Shown piece by piece: positions 9,142 through 18,085 of a stretch of 64,000 nt of DNA. The stretch lies in NCBI GenBank assembly GCA_001443005.1, contig LEKQ01000016.1, forward strand, positions 10,788-74,787. Reading direction: 5' to 3'. Position 1 is the stretch's first letter; every line of letters starts with the position of its first letter. The position numbers were made by a program, and so were the translations under genes. Origin of the DNA: a bacterium GBS-1 (lineage in GTDB: Bacteria > Synergistota > GBS-1). Below the pieces are notes generated by a model that worked only from the letters and a program-made list of their open reading frames with translations, was not told the origin of the DNA and ran no database searches.

Positions 9142-10176
9142 TTGTGGAGTAAGAAGGTTTTAAGTGTAGTAGTGGTCTTGTTGTTCGCGTTCTTTAGTGT
9201 GGTTTCTCTCGCTAGTGTAAGCTTAGCACAGCAGCCTCAGTATCAATGGAGAATGTCTCAGATCCATCCTGTAGATAGCGATTATGATATCCGCGCTAAG
9301 GAGTTTGCGAGGAAGGTCTTTGAGAGGACCAACGGCAGAATCAAGATCGACGTTTACTCCGGTGGAGTTTTGGGAGATTGGACGCAGATCTTTGAGATGG
9401 TCATGCGTGGAACCATTGAGTTAGCATTGCAGCAGGCTAATGCCAACTTCGATCCGGAACTTAATTTGTCTTATTACTTCCCTTATATATTCACGACCTT
9501 CGAGGATGCAGTTAAGGTTTACAGCCCAGGCGGTTGGGCTTATAGGGTAAATCAGCAGCTCTGGGAGAAGCATAACATCAAGGCGTTAGACGTTATCCCC
9601 ATCGGTATGAGTGGGGTATCGCTTAAGGCAATGCCTCCAAGCCCTGAGGATCCCACCGTTAAGAAGGGCATGAAGGTTCGCGTCATGCCGATAAAGCCTT
9701 GCGAATGGACATATGAGGCCTTAGGTTACATACCGACTCCAATACCTTACGCTGAGGTCTATACGGCCTTACAGATGGGCGTTGCTGATGGGCAGATGGG
9801 TGGACCACCCTATCAGGGATGGCAGTTCCGTGATGTCCAGAAGGTATGGATACAGTATAACGACTTCTGCGAGACCTGGTGGTTCGTTATAAACAAGGGA
9901 GTATGGGATAAGCTCTCTCCAGAGGATCAAAAGGTATTGCAAGAGGCCGCTAGTGAGGAGTCTAAGATTCAGTGGGATAGGGCTAAGCAGGTTGATGAGG
10001 AGTACCGCCAGAAGCTCCAGAAGGAATATGGTTGGACCATAGTTATGTTGACCGATGAGCAGCTTAACAAGATAGCTCAGCACGTGAGGAAGATAGTATG
10101 GCCCAAGATGGAAGAGCTCTGCGGTAAGAGGTTGATGGATCTCATCTATAAGGAGTCTGGAATACCTCGTCAGTAG
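9142..10176 (+). CDS. dctP: TRAP transporter substrate-binding protein (DctP family), secreted
   Basis: Signal peptide (VVVLLFAFFSVVSLASVSLA). DctP-like length and motifs (W.MSQIHP......A.EFA..V.E.TNGRIKI.VY.GG.LGDW). Confidence 0.85.
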   Translation: MWSKKVLSVVVVLLFAFFSVVSLASVSLAQQPQYQWRMSQIHPVDSDYDIRAKEFARKVFERTNGRIKIDVYSGGVLGDWTQIFEMVMRGTIELALQQANANFDPELNLSYYFPYIFTTFEDAVKVYSPGGWAYRVNQQLWEKHNIKALDVIPIGMSGVSLKAMPPSPEDPTVKKGMKVRVMPIKPCEWTYEALGYIPTPIPYAEVYTALQMGVADGQMGGPPYQGWQFRDVQKVWIQYNDFCETWWFVINKGVWDKLSPEDQKVLQEAASEESKIQWDRAKQVDEEYRQKLQKEYGWTIVMLTDEQLNKIAQHVRKIVWPKMEELCGKRLMDLIYKESGIPRQ

Positions 10177-10192
10177 TCCCTAAAGATTAGAG

Positions 10193-10228
10193 GGTGCCCC
10201 TCCCTTTAAAGGGAGGGGCACCTTTTTT
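10193..10228 (+). terminator. Intrinsic terminator after dctP
   Basis: GGTGCCCCTCCC-TTTAAA-GGGAGGGGCACC followed by TTTTTT. Confidence 0.85.
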
Positions 10229-10243
10229 GTTTTTTAAAGATAT

Positions 10244-10287
10244 CTTTACACCCCCTTTAAACCCCCTTTAAGGATTTTGAGTAATAT
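10244..10287 (+). promoter_or_regulatory. Pho-box-like direct repeats plus -10 element upstream of pstS
   Basis: CTTTACA-cccc-CTTTAAA-cccc-CTTTAAG: three 7-mers on an 11-bp period (10244-10272), then TAATAT at 10282-10287. Confidence 0.5.
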
Positions 10288-10332
10288 CCTTATCGGATTG
10301 AAGCCGATATTCTCTTAAGGGGGTGTTTTAGT

Positions 10333-11151
10333 GTGAGCAGGTTTGTTAAGGTTTTAGCGGTTGCGCTTATGGTTTTACTCATTGCAGGGGGTTTATGGGC
10401 TGCTTCTAAATCTATTCAGGTGATAGGTTCAACCACTGTCTTCCCCATAGCTCAGGCCTGTGCTGAAAGATTCATGGATATTAATAAGGATGTTAATATC
10501 TCGGTTAAGGGTGGAGGCTCTGGTGTAGGTATAGCGGCTTTGCTTGATGGGACCTGTGATATCGCCATCTCCTCAAGGCCTATGAAGGTCGAGGAGATAA
10601 ACAAGGGAAAAGAAAGAGGGGTTAATCCAGTAGCTCACGTTATAGCTCTTGACGGTATTGCTATCGTGGTTCACCCTTCCAATCCCTTGGAGGGCTTGAC
10701 CGTCGAGCAGGTTAGAAACATCTATAGTGGAAAGATCAATAATTGGAAGGAAGTGGGCGGTAGGGATATGAAGATAGTGGTTGTTTCCAGGGATAGTGCC
10801 TCCGGTACCTATGAAGCCTTTCACGAGCTCGTCCTCAAGAAGGAAAAGCTTAGAGACGATGCGATGCTTCTTGCATCCAATCGCGCTGTCGCTACCACGA
10901 TTGCTCAGACCGAAGGCGCGATAGGCTATATAGGCTTAGGTTACCTTTCACCTTCGGTTAAGTCCCTTAAGATCGATGGGGTCATGCCAAGCAAGGAGAC
11001 CGTCATTAACAAGAGCTACAAGCTTGCAAGATCCCTCTACATGTACACCAACGGAGAGCCCAAGGGTCTATTAAAGAGCTTTATTGACTTCGTTTTATCC
11101 CCTGAAGGGCAGAAGATAGTTGAAGAGCAAGGGTTCGTGCCGGTTAAGTAA
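10333..11151 (+). CDS. pstS: Phosphate ABC transporter substrate-binding protein PstS
   Basis: Signal peptide followed by GSTTVFP...GGGSG.G......G..DIA.SSR....E motifs typical of PstS-family binders. Confidence 0.9.
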   Translation: MSRFVKVLAVALMVLLIAGGLWAASKSIQVIGSTTVFPIAQACAERFMDINKDVNISVKGGGSGVGIAALLDGTCDIAISSRPMKVEEINKGKERGVNPVAHVIALDGIAIVVHPSNPLEGLTVEQVRNIYSGKINNWKEVGGRDMKIVVVSRDSASGTYEAFHELVLKKEKLRDDAMLLASNRAVATTIAQTEGAIGYIGLGYLSPSVKSLKIDGVMPSKETVINKSYKLARSLYMYTNGEPKGLLKSFIDFVLSPEGQKIVEEQGFVPVK

Positions 11152-11155
11152 GACC

Positions 11156-12016
11156 ATGGGTGAGAAACTGGCCAAGACGATTATTCTGACTTCCGCTTTT
11201 CTGTCCATAGCTGCCTTAATGGGTGTGTCGGTTATGCTCTTCAAAGAGGGGATACCCTTCTTCCTCAGGGTATCCCCTCTTGACTTCCTTCTCGGAGGAT
11301 CTTGGCATCCTACCTACAACCCTCCAGAGTTTGGGATCCTGCCCATAGTCATTGGGACGATAGTTGTGACCTTTGGTGCCCTTCTAGTTGGTATACCCCT
11401 CGGGTTAGCTTCAGCTACGTATTTAGCCTTCTTCGCCCCTTTAAGTCTCAGGGAGGTTCTAAAGCCAATACTTGAGATTTTAGCTTGCATTCCCTCAGTG
11501 GTTTACGGCTTCTTCGGCATGGTTATCCTGGGTCCGCTTATCATTAAGCTTTTCTCGGTTTCCGTGGGGCTTAATGCCTTTAACGCATCATTAGTCTTAG
11601 GTATCATGATCGTTCCTCTTGTTACAAGTACGGCTGAAGATGCCATGTCTTTAGTTCCTTATGACCTTTTAGAGGCTTCCTATGCCTTAGGAGCCACTAA
11701 GTGGAGGACCATCGTTTACGTCGTTGTGCCTACTGCTTGGCCTGGAATACTGTCTAGCATACTTTTAGGGATGGGTAGGGCGATAGGCGAGACGATGACC
11801 GTTTTAATGGTCGCTGGCGGAGCAGCTTCGATTCCTAGGTCCATATTTGACCCCGTGAGGACGATGACCGCGACCATAGCTGCAGAGATGGGGGAAGCTC
11901 CTTTCAGAAGCCTTCACTACCACGCTCTCTTTGCCATAGGGGCGATCCTTTTCTTGATAACGGTTCTCTTAAACTTTGTGGCAGAGAGGTTCGCTAAAAG
12001 GATGATCTTTCAATGA
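11156..12016 (+). CDS. pstC: Phosphate ABC transporter permease PstC
   Basis: Six-TM permease with the EAA-type loop (EASYALGATKWRTI..VV.P). The ATG at 11156 lies just after the pstS stop. Confidence 0.9.
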   Translation: MGEKLAKTIILTSAFLSIAALMGVSVMLFKEGIPFFLRVSPLDFLLGGSWHPTYNPPEFGILPIVIGTIVVTFGALLVGIPLGLASATYLAFFAPLSLREVLKPILEILACIPSVVYGFFGMVILGPLIIKLFSVSVGLNAFNASLVLGIMIVPLVTSTAEDAMSLVPYDLLEASYALGATKWRTIVYVVVPTAWPGILSSILLGMGRAIGETMTVLMVAGGAASIPRSIFDPVRTMTATIAAEMGEAPFRSLHYHALFAIGAILFLITVLLNFVAERFAKRMIFQ

Positions 12017-12864
12017 AAAGACTGATATGGGAGAATAAAATAGCTTCGATTATGCTCGGCTTAGCTCTTGTTATCGTTCTCTTATTTCTTTTTTCGCTGG
12101 TCTTCATCTTAGCCATCGAGGGCGGTAGGGTTTTGTCCCTATCCTTTCTATTGGAAAGCCCTAGGCGGGGTATGACCGAAGGTGGAATCTATCCTGCCCT
12201 TCTAGGAAGCTTTTATCTCTCCTTGGGTTCAATCCTTGTCGCCTTTCCTTTGGGCGTCTTCACGGGCATATATCTGAGCGAGTTCGCCAAGGATAACTGG
12301 TTTACTCATTTGGTTAGGGCTTCTGTAAGTACCCTTTCAGCAATTCCTTCCGTGGTCTTCGGGCTTTTCGGTATGGCCTTTTTCGTTAAGGCTTTCGGTT
12401 TCGGTGTTTCCCTTCTTTCAGGGATTTTAACGCTTAGCATCCTCGTTCTTCCCATAATGGTTAAGGTCACCGAAGAGGCTATAAAAGCCATCCCCATGGA
12501 TTTAAAGGAAGCAGCGTACGCCTTGGGTGCTGGTAAGTGGAAAACCATTAGGTTGGTCCTTCTTCCTATAGCTTTTCCAAGCATAATTACTGGAACCATT
12601 TTGAGCCTTGGTAGAGCGGCAGGTGAGACTGCTCCCATAATGTTCACCGCAGCTACTTTCTATACTCGTAAGCTTCCTTCAAGCCTATTTGATGAGGTTA
12701 TGGCTCTTCCCTTTATGATTTACGGGCTTATGACTGAAGGGACAAAACCAGAGAAGCAGATTCCCATGGCCTTCGGTTCAGTGCTCGTGCTTCTTATCCT
12801 CGTTTTGGGTATTAGCGGCATTGGGATATTTTTGAGATATCGTGGGAGAAAGAGATACATTTAA
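12013..12864 (+). CDS. pstA: Phosphate ABC transporter permease PstA
   Basis: Permease with the EAAYALGAGKWKTI loop and GRAAGETAP motif. It overlaps pstC by 4 nt. Confidence 0.9.
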   Translation: MKRLIWENKIASIMLGLALVIVLLFLFSLVFILAIEGGRVLSLSFLLESPRRGMTEGGIYPALLGSFYLSLGSILVAFPLGVFTGIYLSEFAKDNWFTHLVRASVSTLSAIPSVVFGLFGMAFFVKAFGFGVSLLSGILTLSILVLPIMVKVTEEAIKAIPMDLKEAAYALGAGKWKTIRLVLLPIAFPSIITGTILSLGRAAGETAPIMFTAATFYTRKLPSSLFDEVMALPFMIYGLMTEGTKPEKQIPMAFGSVLVLLILVLGISGIGIFLRYRGRKRYI

Positions 12865-12872
12865 CTATCGTC

Positions 12873-13265
12873 TTATTTTTCGGTTGGAAGTTCCGCCTTC
12901 TTCCAGGCCAATATCCCGCCCTTCATGTTTAACGCCTTATATCCCATTTCAAGTAAGGTCTTCGTAGCATCAAGCGATCTTCTTCCTGATCTACAATAGA
13001 CTATAAAGGTTTGAGCTTCCTTATCTGGGAAAAACTCCCCTATCTTAGATTTAACTAATCCCCTGGGCAGGTTTATGGCCTTCGGGATCCGCTCCTCTTT
13101 GAACTCTTCTGGTTCCCTTACATCTAAAAATATATACCCCTTCTCGTTGAAGTGGGTGAAAGCCTCCTCAGGAGTTATCTCAGGGATCTCCGTATCCTTC
13201 GTTAACCCTCTAAGCCCAAAGTTTAAGAAAAGAAGGATTATAAATGTCAAAATAATAAGCTTCAT
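12873..13265 (-). CDS. Secreted single-domain rhodanese (sulfurtransferase)
   Basis: Signal peptide. LDVREPEEF and the active-site loop YCRSGRRS. Confidence 0.8.
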   Translation of the reverse strand: MKLIILTFIILLFLNFGLRGLTKDTEIPEITPEEAFTHFNEKGYIFLDVREPEEFKEERIPKAINLPRGLVKSKIGEFFPDKEAQTFIVYCRSGRRSLDATKTLLEMGYKALNMKGGILAWKKAELPTEK

Positions 13266-13271
13266 GCTTCC

Positions 13272-14765
13272 TCACCTCTTTATTGGGTTTCTTAAAAACT
13301 TTTCCTCAAGGTACCTTACAAGATAAGATGGGGAGAGATTTTCTCTCGTCACGGCTTTTATCATCTCCAGGGGCTCAAAAAACTTTCCCTTAGAGTATAT
13401 ATTCTCTTTAAACCATTCTAGTATGGCTTTAAAATTTCCCTCGGATACCATTTTATCTAGATCTGGTAAATTTTCCTTAAGCTTCCAGTATATCTGCCCA
13501 GCGTATATGTTTCCCAGCATGTAGGAGGGAAAGTATCCAAAGTGCCCAGATGCCCAGTGGATGTCCTGCAAAACTCCATTTCTGTGGTTGTCTGGTCTTA
13601 TCCCAAGATATTCGTTCATCTTTTCATCCCACGCGTAAGGTAAGTCCTCTATAGATAACCTCTCATTGATCATGGCCTCTTCAAGCTCAAAGCGAACTAT
13701 TATGTGAAGGTTGTAAGTGATCTCATCGGAGCTAACTCTTATGAGGGACCTTCTAACGGTGTTAAGCTTCTTCCATATGTCGACTACGCTCATCTCACTT
13801 AAGCTTGGAAAAGTTGAATCCAGTATGGGTTTTAAGAAGGTGAGGAATGGGAGGCTCCTCCCTACTATGTTTTCCCAGAATCTCGCCTGCCCTTCGTGCA
13901 TGCCTGCGGATGCGCCATCCCCTATGGGTAGACCAAAGAACTCCTTGGGTATGTTTAGGTCGTATAGGGCATGACCGCACTCATGCATTGCGGCAAGCAG
14001 GGCTTGAAAGGGGTCAGCCTCATCGTATCTTGTGGTTATCCTAACATCGTTTAGCCCTACTACTTCCGTGAAAGGGTGAGGAGAGGTATCAAGCCTGCCG
14101 GCATAAAGGTCAAACCCAAAAGCGCTTATAACCCTTTGGATGAGCTCCCTCTGTTTGTCTATGGGGAAGGATCCCTTTTTAAGGCTCCCTTTACCCTCTT
14201 TCTCAAGATCGGATGATTCTACTCTCTCCAGAAGAGGTATAAGCGCCCTTTTCATATAATCGCATATCTCCTTAAGATAGGAGGTTTTAAATCCCGGTTC
14301 GTATTCATCTAGCAGGGCGTCGTACCTGTTATCCTCATAACCTATGTGTTCAGCTATATCTATCACCATTTTTACGATCTTTTTGAGACTATCCTTAAGT
14401 ATTAGGAAGTTATTATCTTTGCGTGCCTCTTCCCATAGCTTCTCAGCAATGGCCTTCTCCTTCTGAAGCTCAACGAAAAGCCTTAAGGGGATTTTTCTAT
14501 ATTTTTCATAATCCTTCCTGGTCAGACGAACCAAAGCCAGCTCAAGCTCACTTTTTGCTTCTTCCTGCGCTTTTTCTATGAGATTCCCCATCCTTTCACT
14601 CGTAAATAGGAAGAAAGCGTATTCCGATAACTCCCCTAGAACCTCCGCTCTCCAAGAGGCACCCTTAGGTGGCATATAGGTTGATAAATCCCACTGCAAT
14701 AAAGATATGGCGCTTCTCACTTTAGCTATCTTAAGAAGCTCGCTTTTAAGCTCTTTGATGCTCAT
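13272..14765 (-). CDS. Carboxypeptidase Taq-type metallopeptidase (M32 family)
   Basis: 497 aa with the zinc motif HECGHALY, plus DIHW..G.FGYFPSY and IRV.SDE.TYNLHI segments typical of M32. Confidence 0.9.
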   Translation of the reverse strand: MSIKELKSELLKIAKVRSAISLLQWDLSTYMPPKGASWRAEVLGELSEYAFFLFTSERMGNLIEKAQEEAKSELELALVRLTRKDYEKYRKIPLRLFVELQKEKAIAEKLWEEARKDNNFLILKDSLKKIVKMVIDIAEHIGYEDNRYDALLDEYEPGFKTSYLKEICDYMKRALIPLLERVESSDLEKEGKGSLKKGSFPIDKQRELIQRVISAFGFDLYAGRLDTSPHPFTEVVGLNDVRITTRYDEADPFQALLAAMHECGHALYDLNIPKEFFGLPIGDGASAGMHEGQARFWENIVGRSLPFLTFLKPILDSTFPSLSEMSVVDIWKKLNTVRRSLIRVSSDEITYNLHIIVRFELEEAMINERLSIEDLPYAWDEKMNEYLGIRPDNHRNGVLQDIHWASGHFGYFPSYMLGNIYAGQIYWKLKENLPDLDKMVSEGNFKAILEWFKENIYSKGKFFEPLEMIKAVTRENLSPSYLVRYLEEKFLRNPIKR

Positions 14766-15065
14766 TAAAGCCCCCTCCTAAACTAAAGATACTGTTAACT
14801 AAAAGTATTGAAAATCTACAAACAAATTTTATGACTTTTAGGAAATAGATTATCGCTATCTCAAACCATATATGCTAAATTCTCATTTGAGTTGGGGGAA
14901 TTTAATTTTACAATACTATTTTACCACAGATCGTTGTTGTGTTTCGATGATTGTGCCTGGGAATGTGAAGTTGAAAGGTTATACATTAGGTAGAATAAAA
15001 CCCCTGGGCGAAAGAAGAAATAGAGGACCTTTGCCCAAGCTCCAAGAACCATGAGGTACATTTTA

Positions 15066-15830
15066 TCAACTCCTTGTAAATTTTAATCCGTAAAACACCA
15101 AAAGAACTACCATCTGTGTAATTAAACAACTCGCACCGATTACATCACCTGTTACGCCACCTATCTTTAGTTCTGAGACCTTGGTAAAGATATATCCTGT
15201 AAACCAGGTTAATGAAAAAGAAATTATATACGCTTGAAGGTCAAGTAATGCTAAAGGTAGCGTGAAAATGGTCGCGTAGAAAGTAAAGAGTTTGTTGTAT
15301 GGAAATAACATAGCACCAAGACCGTTTGGCTTTGCTGGCACAGAAAAGGTCAGCAATGTATTCATTCCGTATCTTCCAAATACGGCAGCAAACAAAAAAT
15401 CTTTCCAGTAAAGCTCGTTCATCAACTGGTAGAGCAAAACTACATAAAGCGTTCCGTAAAATATGGCAAATGGTCCAACGTTTCCTTTCGCCATTATCTC
15501 TAATCTGCGCTCTTTTTCAGACTGGTTTAGAAAACCATCGAGCGTATCTAAAAGCCCATCGAAGTGGAATAAATCAAACAGGTAATAACCTATAGCCAGG
15601 AAAATAGGTAGAATAAGAAGCCTTAAGTTCGGTGCTCTCTGCAAGAGGAAAACACCGAAAGAATATATCATCCCTGGGATATATCCAACTGCTGGAAAAT
15701 AGACTGTACTTCTTTTGATGCTTTCTTCCCAATCGTTGAGGTCTTTAAGACGGACGGGAATTCTTGAGATAAAGGACAGGCACAACAAAAAGTTAGTAAG
15801 AAAGTTTTTGAATAATACCATGTCAAACAC
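15066..15830 (-). CDS. cobS: Adenosylcobinamide-GDP ribazoletransferase (cobalamin synthase CobS)
   Basis: 254-aa polytopic protein with FLSRIPV near the N-terminus and a GVTGDV.GA motif near the C-terminus. Confidence 0.85.
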   Translation of the reverse strand: MFDMVLFKNFLTNFLLCLSFISRIPVRLKDLNDWEESIKRSTVYFPAVGYIPGMIYSFGVFLLQRAPNLRLLILPIFLAIGYYLFDLFHFDGLLDTLDGFLNQSEKERRLEIMAKGNVGPFAIFYGTLYVVLLYQLMNELYWKDFLFAAVFGRYGMNTLLTFSVPAKPNGLGAMLFPYNKLFTFYATIFTLPLALLDLQAYIISFSLTWFTGYIFTKVSELKIGGVTGDVIGASCLITQMVVLLVFYGLKFTRS

Positions 15831-16530
15831 CCCGCTCTTCTTCTCCTATTTTCAATATTTTAAATTCCTCCCAAATTTGGAGCGATTGTGCTAAGTCGTC
15901 TTCGTTGAATATTTCAAAACACAGGTAATTAATTTCAAAAAGCTTATTTGAGAATAGATTGTAGAGCTCTTGAAGTGCTTGATCGTTTAGTTTTTCGTGA
16001 TCCTTTCCGTTCGAAACCCCCATGATGTGTAACTCAACGACCTTTTTTAAGAAATCCGCGTCCACTTTCAGGCCAAGAAGGTGATGCCCGATGTCGAAAA
16101 CGGTTCTTTTGTGCAATTGTATACATTCTATGAGATTTTCGATTGCAACCTTTGGATGCTCAAGGAGTGTGTTCAGCTTTTCCGTATATAAGCTCTCGGA
16201 TATTTTACAATATGGATGCAACACGTAGTTAGCAATCTTTAGATTTTCTTCGAGATATTCAAAAGCTTTAACGACGTTGCAGATATCGTCTGTTGGAAGA
16301 TGAACGGTATAGGTAATTCCCCTTTGCTTTGCGATTTTCAGAAGGTGTGATTTTTCTTTTTCAAAAAGTTTATGCGTATCATCATCCCACGTATAAACAA
16401 GTAACTCGATAAAATTTATCTCTTTAAAATATTTTGTTATGAAATCAACATTTTCATAATAAGTTCCTGGTATAACCCATGAGGTTGTTCCAAGCAGCTG
16501 TCTTTTATGCCATCTTTTAACTTGTTTCAC
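15823..16530 (-). CDS. Xylose-isomerase-like TIM-barrel protein; candidate CbiR-type cobamide-remodelling phosphodiesterase
   Basis: 235 aa with His/Glu/Asp-rich beta-strand ends (VHLP, LHPY, AIENL, DIGHH, ELHIMG) typical of the AP-endonuclease-2/sugar-phosphate-isomerase fold. It sits between cobU and cobS with 4- and 8-nt overlaps. Confidence 0.45.
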   Translation of the reverse strand: MKQVKRWHKRQLLGTTSWVIPGTYYENVDFITKYFKEINFIELLVYTWDDDTHKLFEKEKSHLLKIAKQRGITYTVHLPTDDICNVVKAFEYLEENLKIANYVLHPYCKISESLYTEKLNTLLEHPKVAIENLIECIQLHKRTVFDIGHHLLGLKVDADFLKKVVELHIMGVSNGKDHEKLNDQALQELYNLFSNKLFEINYLCFEIFNEDDLAQSLQIWEEFKILKIGEEERGV

Positions 16531-17021
16531 TTGATACGCACCCCGATTCCAGCTACGACAAGGTAAACTTCTTGTGATATCCTTGCAAGCGTGTTGTTTA
16601 GCTTCCCAAGTGTTTGTATATATTCCCTTGCGAGCTTATTCTCAGGTACTATGCTCCACCCAACTTCATTCGTAACAACGATAACCTCGCTTTTCATTTG
16701 ACTTAAAGTATCAACTAATTCATTCAACGACTTCTCAATTTCTGCCTTGTAATGATAGAGGTTACCAAGGTATGTGGTGATGCATTCAAAAAGAATCACA
16801 TCGTAAGTACCATCGAGTTGTTTTAAAACATTTGAAACGTGGATAGGTTCTTCATAAGTATCAAAAAGTTTTCCCCTTTCCTGCTTGTGTTTCAATATGC
16901 GTTCAGTCATCTCATCGTCGAACGGAACGCCTGTTGCCAAAAATGCGCGTTTAGCATATCCTAAGGCTTTGTTCAATGCAAATCTACTTTTACCTGATTT
17001 CATTCCACCAGTTACAAGTAT
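16527..17021 (-). CDS. cobU: Adenosylcobinamide kinase/adenosylcobinamide-phosphate guanylyltransferase (CobU)
   Basis: P-loop ILVTGGMKSGKS. The first ATG (17003) falls inside the P-loop, so the real start must be a non-ATG codon at 17019-17027 that overlaps the cobT stop. Confidence 0.75.
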   Translation of the reverse strand: MLVTGGMKSGKSRFALNKALGYAKRAFLATGVPFDDEMTERILKHKQERGKLFDTYEEPIHVSNVLKQLDGTYDVILFECITTYLGNLYHYKAEIEKSLNELVDTLSQMKSEVIVVTNEVGWSIVPENKLAREYIQTLGKLNNTLARISQEVYLVVAGIGVRIK

Positions 17022-18055
17022 CAGAACGCATCACTTCCTTTCGACACCCCAGCGCTTTCAAATGTTGCCATCTCTCTTATCATCTTTATCGCCGCTTCGA
17101 TTATGGGAATCGCCAAGGCCGCACCGGTTCCTTCGCCAAGTCGCATATCAAGGTCAAGAATAGGCCTAAGTTCCATAGCGTCAAGCAAGACTTTATGCCC
17201 TTTCACTTTCGATTTGTGACCTGCGAATACAAAGTCAACTACACTTGGTTCCATTTTCCAAGCTATTAAAAGTCCTGCTGTTGTTGGAAAGCCATCTACA
17301 AGGATCGGAATCCGTCTTTTTGCTGCCTCGATTATAAACCCTGCCATCTGACCTATACAGAAACCACCAACTTTTTCAAGCACATCTACGGGGTCGTTTG
17401 GATCTGGCTTGTTTATTTCAATAGCTTTTTCAATAGCCATTCGCTTTCTTTTTAAGCCCTCATCGTTGATTGGGGTCCCGATGTCTAAAATATCATCTAA
17501 CTTAAAACCAAATGCAACCGAAACAGCTGTTGCTGTTGTAGTATTACCAATTCCCATATCACCAACAACGAGAAGGTCTGTTCCTTCCTCTATCGCTTTT
17601 CTTGCTATATTTTTTCCTGTTTCGATACATTTAAGAGCCTGTTCTCTTGTCATCGCGGGACCTTTTGTAAAATCAGCTGTTCCATAACCGATCTTTGCAT
17701 TGATTAGCTTTGGGTGTGAAAACGCAAAATCACTATCAACCCCAGCATCGACCACATAAACATCCGCTCCTACGTGTCTACCGAAGACGTTGATAGCAGC
17801 CCCACCATGAAGAAAGTTCAAAACCATCTGGTAGGTAACTTGCTTTGGATATGCAGAAACTCCTTGTTCAACAACGCCATGGTCTGAAGCAAAAACATAG
17901 ATTCTTTTGCTTTTTGGGAGGTCTGGCATTACCTTGTTTTGTATAAGCCCCATCTTCAAAGCGATTTCCTCTAAATATCCAAGGCTTCCAACAGGTTTTG
18001 TTAAGTTATTCAAACGCTTGATGATGCTATCTTTCAAAGTCCTATCTTGTTCCAT
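17021..18055 (-). CDS. cobT: Nicotinate-nucleotide--dimethylbenzimidazole phosphoribosyltransferase (CobT)
   Basis: 344 aa with LTKP.GSLG.LE, DHGV, GDMGIGNTT and EGTGA motifs characteristic of CobT. Confidence 0.9.
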   Translation of the reverse strand: MEQDRTLKDSIIKRLNNLTKPVGSLGYLEEIALKMGLIQNKVMPDLPKSKRIYVFASDHGVVEQGVSAYPKQVTYQMVLNFLHGGAAINVFGRHVGADVYVVDAGVDSDFAFSHPKLINAKIGYGTADFTKGPAMTREQALKCIETGKNIARKAIEEGTDLLVVGDMGIGNTTTATAVSVAFGFKLDDILDIGTPINDEGLKRKRMAIEKAIEINKPDPNDPVDVLEKVGGFCIGQMAGFIIEAAKRRIPILVDGFPTTAGLLIAWKMEPSVVDFVFAGHKSKVKGHKVLLDAMELRPILDLDMRLGEGTGAALAIPIIEAAIKMIREMATFESAGVSKGSDAF

Positions 18056-18085
18056 TTCTTCGTTCCTCCTTTTTGTTTTAAGTAA

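Noticed and set aside
14872-15054. 60-aa plus-strand ORF in the gap before cobS
   Set aside because: No RBS and no motif. It lies in the A+T-rich boundary region, where random ORFs are expected.
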